DNA of 64,000 nucleotides from Fibrobacteria bacterium (GTDB lineage Bacteria; Fibrobacterota; Fibrobacteria; UBA11236): NCBI GenBank assembly GCA_043745805.1, contig JAYTSD010000006.1, positions 1 to 64,000 of the forward strand, read 5' to 3'. Shown piece by piece: positions 59,810 to 64,000 of this stretch (position 1 is its first letter; each line of letters starts with the position of its first letter). The notes under the pieces were generated by a model. It saw only the letters and a program-made list of their open reading frames with translations, ran no database searches and was not told where the DNA came from. The position numbers and the translations under genes were made by a program.

Positions 59810-59847
59810 TAATTGTAGGGGCACAAGATTTTGTGCCCCTACAATTA
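59810..59847. repeat. REP-like palindrome (second copy)
   Basis: TAATTGTAGGGGCACAA-GATT-TTGTGCCCCTACAATTA, 17-bp arms. Confidence 0.85.
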
Positions 59848-59857
59848 ATGGCATACC

Positions 59858-60457
59858 TCATTTTGAAAATTTGCTAATCGGTATTACCACACTTAATGCT
59901 TCGGCTTCATCGTTTCCCGTATTGCGATAAGAATGTGGTTCATCGCCAGGAAAAGCCACCAAATGCCTTTCCTTCACCACAAAAGATTCTCCTGCAACCG
60001 TTACGGTAACTTCACCTGACAATACAAAAAGATATTCTTTCGTTCCATGTAAATGTGGATGCCCTGCAAATGAAGCTTTCGCTTGAATATGCATATTGTC
60101 GATTTCAATACCTTGTAGACGATCGGGTAAAACTTTAATAATGGATGCCTTGCCCGCGCCGCGTTTTTGAATTTGAAAATCTGAAGGTTGATAGACTTGT
60201 GTACGGCTACGCGGTTGATTAAGTAATTCATCAACGCCCACATGCAAGGCTTCGGCAATTTTAATGAGCACATGTAAAGAGGGGTTGCCGCCACCCGATT
60301 CCAAATAGGTAATAGTAGAGCGAGGGATTTTTGAATATTCGGCTAAATCTTTTTGTGACCAGCCGCGTTTTTTGCGTAATTCCAAAACATTTTTGGCTAA
60401 GTGTACAGAGATATCATTTTGCATTTTCGCCTCGACTTGGGCGGAGGACCGCCGCAT
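59858..60457 (-). CDS. XRE-family HTH + cupin transcriptional regulator
   Basis: LRKKRGWSQKDLA...LESGGGNPSL; HLHGTKEY...F.GDEPHSYRN; alternative ATG 60424. Confidence 0.92.
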   Translation of the reverse strand: MRRSSAQVEAKMQNDISVHLAKNVLELRKKRGWSQKDLAEYSKIPRSTITYLESGGGNPSLHVLIKIAEALHVGVDELLNQPRSRTQVYQPSDFQIQKRGAGKASIIKVLPDRLQGIEIDNMHIQAKASFAGHPHLHGTKEYLFVLSGEVTVTVAGESFVVKERHLVAFPGDEPHSYRNTGNDEAEALSVVIPISKFSK

Positions 60458-60487
60458 TTTTGAGCAATATTATCAATAGCTTAACAT

Positions 60488-60515
60488 TTGGCTAATACAT
60501 TAGCATTTTAGCCAA
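60488..60515. promoter_or_regulatory. Candidate operator in divergent XRE/puuD-like promoter
   Basis: TTGGCTAA-N12-TTAGCCAA with nested GCTAAT-AC-ATTAGC. Confidence 0.45.
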
Positions 60516-60590
60516 TGAAGGTACAAAGGTTACCGAGAATAGTTAATATTCTTCGCTGGATAGTTTTGGTTTTTTTTTAAAGGAGTCATA

Positions 60591-61286
60591 ATGAATAATT
60601 GGGCATTATTTAGCCAAGAAGGTTTTCTCTTCTTGTTACGTTGGGGCCATTTTATTTTCGGTATAGCATGGATTGGAATTCTTTGGTATTTCAATTTTAT
60701 GCAAGGCGGCTTCATGAACGAAGTGGAAGCGGATATCAAAAAGGCCGTGAATCAAAAATTAGCGCCGCGTACGCTTTGGTATTTTCGTTGGGGCGCCATG
60801 GGTACGGTCTTAACAGGTTGGACCATTATTTTTATGCGCATTTCTCAAGGGGGAATGGAATTGTTCAGCACTTCTTGGGGTGTTACTATTACCACCGGTG
60901 CTGCTTTGGGTACCTTAATGTGGTTTAATGTCTGGTTTGTGATATGGCCTCGTCAGAAAAAAATCATTGCTGCGGCAAATGGTGAAAAAATTGACAATGT
61001 GCCGGTTTTAGCGCGTCGTGCTTTCTTGGCTTCACGTACTAACACTTTACTTTCCGTACCTTTATTGTTTTTCATGGCAGCCGCTAGCCATTTGCCTATA
61101 CAAATTGAAAATCCTCGCTGGACTTGGGCGGTATTGATTGGCGTGCTTTTGGTATTATTGGAAATCAATGCGCTTAAGGCTGATAAAGGTCCAACCACCA
61201 AGCCTATTGAAAAAGTAAGCAGCGTCATTCATTATGGCCTTTTGCTTACAGTTATTCTTTATGTCGCTTTGGAAGTACTTTTATAG
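60591..61286 (+). CDS. PuuD-like (urate hydroxylase N-terminal family) membrane protein
   Basis: LLRWGHFIFGIAWIG..YF, WYFRW, FNVWFVIWPRQKK. Confidence 0.78.
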   Translation: MNNWALFSQEGFLFLLRWGHFIFGIAWIGILWYFNFMQGGFMNEVEADIKKAVNQKLAPRTLWYFRWGAMGTVLTGWTIIFMRISQGGMELFSTSWGVTITTGAALGTLMWFNVWFVIWPRQKKIIAAANGEKIDNVPVLARRAFLASRTNTLLSVPLLFFMAAASHLPIQIENPRWTWAVLIGVLLVLLEINALKADKGPTTKPIEKVSSVIHYGLLLTVILYVALEVLL

Positions 61287-61312
61287 TTCAAATTTCTTCA
61301 AAGGAAACAACT

Positions 61313-61693
61313 ATGTTGTCTCACTCATCATTCAGCGCCAAAACTTTTTGGCGCTTTTTTGTTTTAAGTTTTGCAACGGCTTTACTTTCCACGATTTACA
61401 CCGCTTGCAATAAAAAGGAATCGGCAGCGAATCCTGAAGAAGCTAAGCTATTAGCAGGGAAACGCATTTATGCAAATAATTGCACCGCTTGTCACAGCGC
61501 GGATGCTCATAAAGATGGTAGCTTAGGCCCAGCCATTGCAGGCTCTTCATTGGAGTTAGTGACGGCACGCATTACCCTAGCTAGCTATCCGGACGGCTAT
61601 AAACCCAAGCGTGATACGCATATTATGCCTAGACTTCCATTAACGGTTGAAGATATTAATAATGTGGTTGCCTTCCTAAATAGCAAGCCTTAA
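61313..61693 (+). CDS. Monoheme cytochrome c lipoprotein
   Basis: CTACH heme motif, distal IMP Met, lipobox-like YTAC. Confidence 0.88.
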   Translation: MLSHSSFSAKTFWRFFVLSFATALLSTIYTACNKKESAANPEEAKLLAGKRIYANNCTACHSADAHKDGSLGPAIAGSSLELVTARITLASYPDGYKPKRDTHIMPRLPLTVEDINNVVAFLNSKP

Positions 61694-61717
61694 TTTTCAA
61701 GGAAACATATAGGTTAC

Positions 61718-62512
61718 ATGATTCCTTCACCACTTTTTTCTCCATTTTCATCCCCTGCGGAAAAATTCCCTTTGGCAATTTTAAAGATATTGCGGGAATT
61801 ATCGGAAATTCCTTATGAGAATTTAAGCAAAATTGTAGGCTATGCGGAATCGCAGCAAACTGAAAAGGCGGTAGATTTTCAAAACGCATGGTTACAAAAA
61901 GCGGCGGAACAGGGCTTGGGCGGCACTTGCTTTTCTCTGACCTATCATTTGCATGAACGCTTACAAGCCATTGGATTTGCATCGCAATTTATTATGGGCG
62001 ACAAAATCACGCAAAAAAATATTCACTGTGGTTTGCTCATTGATTGGGATGCAAAAAAATATTTACTCGATCCAGGCTATTTAATTTATGACCCTTTGCT
62101 TTTGCCCGAGAATGGTTTGGTGACTCAGCAATGGGTTGCGCCCAATGCCATTCGCTTGGATGATGGCGTGGACTATTGGAGGCTTTACACGGGTAAGCCA
62201 AATGAACTCAAACATCGTTTTGATTTCCGCAAACAAGCAGTGGGAGAGGCTGAATTTATTCAGCATTGGGAAAGTTCCTATGCGTTTGAAATGATGAATT
62301 ATCCGGTTTTAAATAAAGTGACCAACGGCGTGCAATACTATTTGCAAAAGCGGAATTTAATGATTCGTGATTCGGAGGGCAGTAAAATGCTCCGCTTATC
62401 CGAAGAACAATGGAAAGCGGCGGCACAAAAATATTTTGGTGTATCCGAAGCTTTGGCGCAGTCGGCTTTGGGAATTATCTTAAAGAAGAATAAAGGATTT
62501 TTTACCTCCTAA
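61718..62512 (+). CDS. Arylamine N-acetyltransferase family protein
   Basis: IPYENL, GGTCF, HCGLL, LLDPGY (Cys-His-Asp triad). Confidence 0.85.
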   Translation: MIPSPLFSPFSSPAEKFPLAILKILRELSEIPYENLSKIVGYAESQQTEKAVDFQNAWLQKAAEQGLGGTCFSLTYHLHERLQAIGFASQFIMGDKITQKNIHCGLLIDWDAKKYLLDPGYLIYDPLLLPENGLVTQQWVAPNAIRLDDGVDYWRLYTGKPNELKHRFDFRKQAVGEAEFIQHWESSYAFEMMNYPVLNKVTNGVQYYLQKRNLMIRDSEGSKMLRLSEEQWKAAAQKYFGVSEALAQSALGIILKKNKGFFTS

Positions 62513-62539
62513 ATTTACCTCCTAAAATGGAAGAGAAGC

Positions 62540-63196
62540 ATGGCCAATAAATTAGCTCCCAGTATTTTGAATGCCGATTTGGCCCAACTTAAAGATCAAG
62601 CGCAAGCTTTAGAAGTAGGCGGGGCCGATTGGTTGCATTTAGATATTATGGATGGACATTTTGTTCCCAATTTTACTTTTGGCCCTATTGTGGTAGAGGC
62701 TATTCGCAAGCACAGTAAAATGTTTTTGGATTGCCATTTAATGATTACTAATCCGGAAAATTATGTTGAGGCTTTTGCCAAAGCGGGAGCCAATTCCATT
62801 ACCGTACATCAAGAAGCTACGCCGCATTTAGATTCTCTCATTGCAAAAATAAAATCCTTGGGATGTCGCGCCGGAGTGAGTTTAAATCCCGGTACATCTT
62901 TGTCCACGTTGGATTGGGTTTTACCGCAATGCGATATGGTTTTACTTATGTCCGTTAATCCAGGTTTTGGCGGACAAAAATTTTTGCCTTATTCTTTTGA
63001 GAAGATTCGCGCTTTGCGTTCACGCATTGATGCATTGCAAATGCCAATTGATATCGAAGTCGATGGCGGTATTGGTTTGACAAATGCCCAAAGTGTTATC
63101 GGAGCCGGTGCTACAGCTATAGTTGTGGGTTCCGCCATTTTTGGTTCGGGAGACATTATTGGAACTTGTCAAAAAATAAAGCAACTCATCGGATAA
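62540..63196 (+). CDS. rpe: Ribulose-phosphate 3-epimerase
   Basis: APSIL, HLDIMDGHFVPN, MSVNPGFGGQ, EVDGG. Confidence 0.97.
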   Translation: MANKLAPSILNADLAQLKDQAQALEVGGADWLHLDIMDGHFVPNFTFGPIVVEAIRKHSKMFLDCHLMITNPENYVEAFAKAGANSITVHQEATPHLDSLIAKIKSLGCRAGVSLNPGTSLSTLDWVLPQCDMVLLMSVNPGFGGQKFLPYSFEKIRALRSRIDALQMPIDIEVDGGIGLTNAQSVIGAGATAIVVGSAIFGSGDIIGTCQKIKQLIG

Positions 63197-63234
63197 AAAC
63201 AGCGAATTTTTTTCGCTTGTAGTATAATCCCACT

Positions 63235-64000
63235 ATGAATTTTTCAGTTGAAAGCGTATTGTTGATTGGATCAATACTCATTTTGGTGAGTTTATTGATT
63301 TCCAAATTTTTTGACAATGTGGGTGTTCCTACTTTATTACTTTTCATTGCTGTAGGCATGTTGGCGGGTAGTGAAGGTCCGGGTCACATTGTTTTTCAAA
63401 ATGCCGAAGTGGCACGCGCGGTAGGCATTGTTTCCCTCATAATAATTTTGTTTTCCGGTGGAATCGGCACGCAATGGCGTGTGGTTAAGCCTGTGCTTTG
63501 GCAAGGACTAAGCTTAGCCACTTTTGGAGTAGTGGCCTCCATGACTGTTGTAGGTATTTTTGCGGTTCATTTTTTGGCGATGAGCTGGATCAATGCTTTA
63601 CTTTTAGGAGCAATCATTTCCTCTACCGATGCGGCAGCCGTATTTTCTCAGTTACGTTCCAGACAAGTTACCCTAAAAGGTGGACTTAATCCTTTATTAG
63701 AATTAGAATCGGGAAGCAATGATCCCATGGCGGTGTTTTTAACCGTTAGCTTGATTTTATTAATTCAGCATCCCGACACCTCTCCTTGGAAATTATTGCT
63801 CTTGTTTTTGCAGCAAATGGGACTGGGAGCCTTGATAGGATACGGTTTGGGTAAAGCCATGGTGTTTTTATTTAATCGTTTACGCTTTACCCATGAAGGC
63901 TTTTATTTGGTGTTTTCTTTAGCCTTTGCTTGCTTTGCTTACGCTGCCTCCGATGTGGTGCATGGCAGTGGATTTTTGGCAGTGTATTTGGTGGGCATAA
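63235..64000 (+). CDS. cvrA: Potassium/proton antiporter, NhaP2/CvrA type (partial, runs off window end)
   Basis: Not in ORF track. Hand translation: MNFSVESVLLIGSILI...GVPTLLLF...GSEGPG...SSTDAAAVFS...LELESGSNDPMAVFLT. Confidence 0.88.
   Translation, partial: MNFSVESVLLIGSILILVSLLISKFFDNVGVPTLLLFIAVGMLAGSEGPGHIVFQNAEVARAVGIVSLIIILFSGGIGTQWRVVKPVLWQGLSLATFGVVASMTVVGIFAVHFLAMSWINALLLGAIISSTDAAAVFSQLRSRQVTLKGGLNPLLELESGSNDPMAVFLTVSLILLIQHPDTSPWKLLLLFLQQMGLGALIGYGLGKAMVFLFNRLRFTHEGFYLVFSLAFACFAYAASDVVHGSGFLAVYLVGI

Noticed and set aside
703-63689. Many short ORFs in the track overlapping long genes (e.g. 703-1005, 5026-5415, 6055-6480, 26129-26524, 63498-63689)
   Set aside because: Antisense or alternate-frame shadows of well-supported genes, with no motifs.

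Overview
AT-rich bacterial chromosome segment using the standard code 11. Secreted proteins with T9SS-like C-terminal domains, PorV-like barrels and the gene content suggest an FCB-group organism, most likely Fibrobacterota (inference). Layout: (1) 1-3.9 kb, at least three tandem secreted glucose/sorbosone-dehydrogenase-like paralogs; (2) uvrA and an esterase; (3) a 7.9-12.7 kb accessory island with a BrnT-like/HTH toxin-antitoxin pair bracketed by a duplicated esterase 3' end, then minus-strand orphan genes separated by degenerate ~70-bp attC-like elements (no integrase in the window), including a TIGR04255-like + unknown + HNH nuclease operon, my best candidate for an undescribed defence/toxin system; (4) housekeeping and envelope genes (purA, Crp, PASTA, TPR, an M6-like pseudo-protease, adk, rfbA, a barrel/cargo/PorV-like operon, HU, ClpS, murD, gcvH, AAA-DUF4143 ATPase); (5) a 36.3-58.7 kb exopolysaccharide locus carrying the tailoring genes normally linked to exosortase A/PEP-CTERM systems, with no exosortase visible; (6) a REP-flanked PorV-like gene broken by one in-frame TGA, XRE-cupin regulator, split PuuD-like/cytochrome c pair, arylamine N-acetyltransferase, rpe and a partial K+/H+ antiporter. 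I saw no rRNA, tRNA or CRISPR array. All family calls come from recognising motifs by eye, not from database searches.
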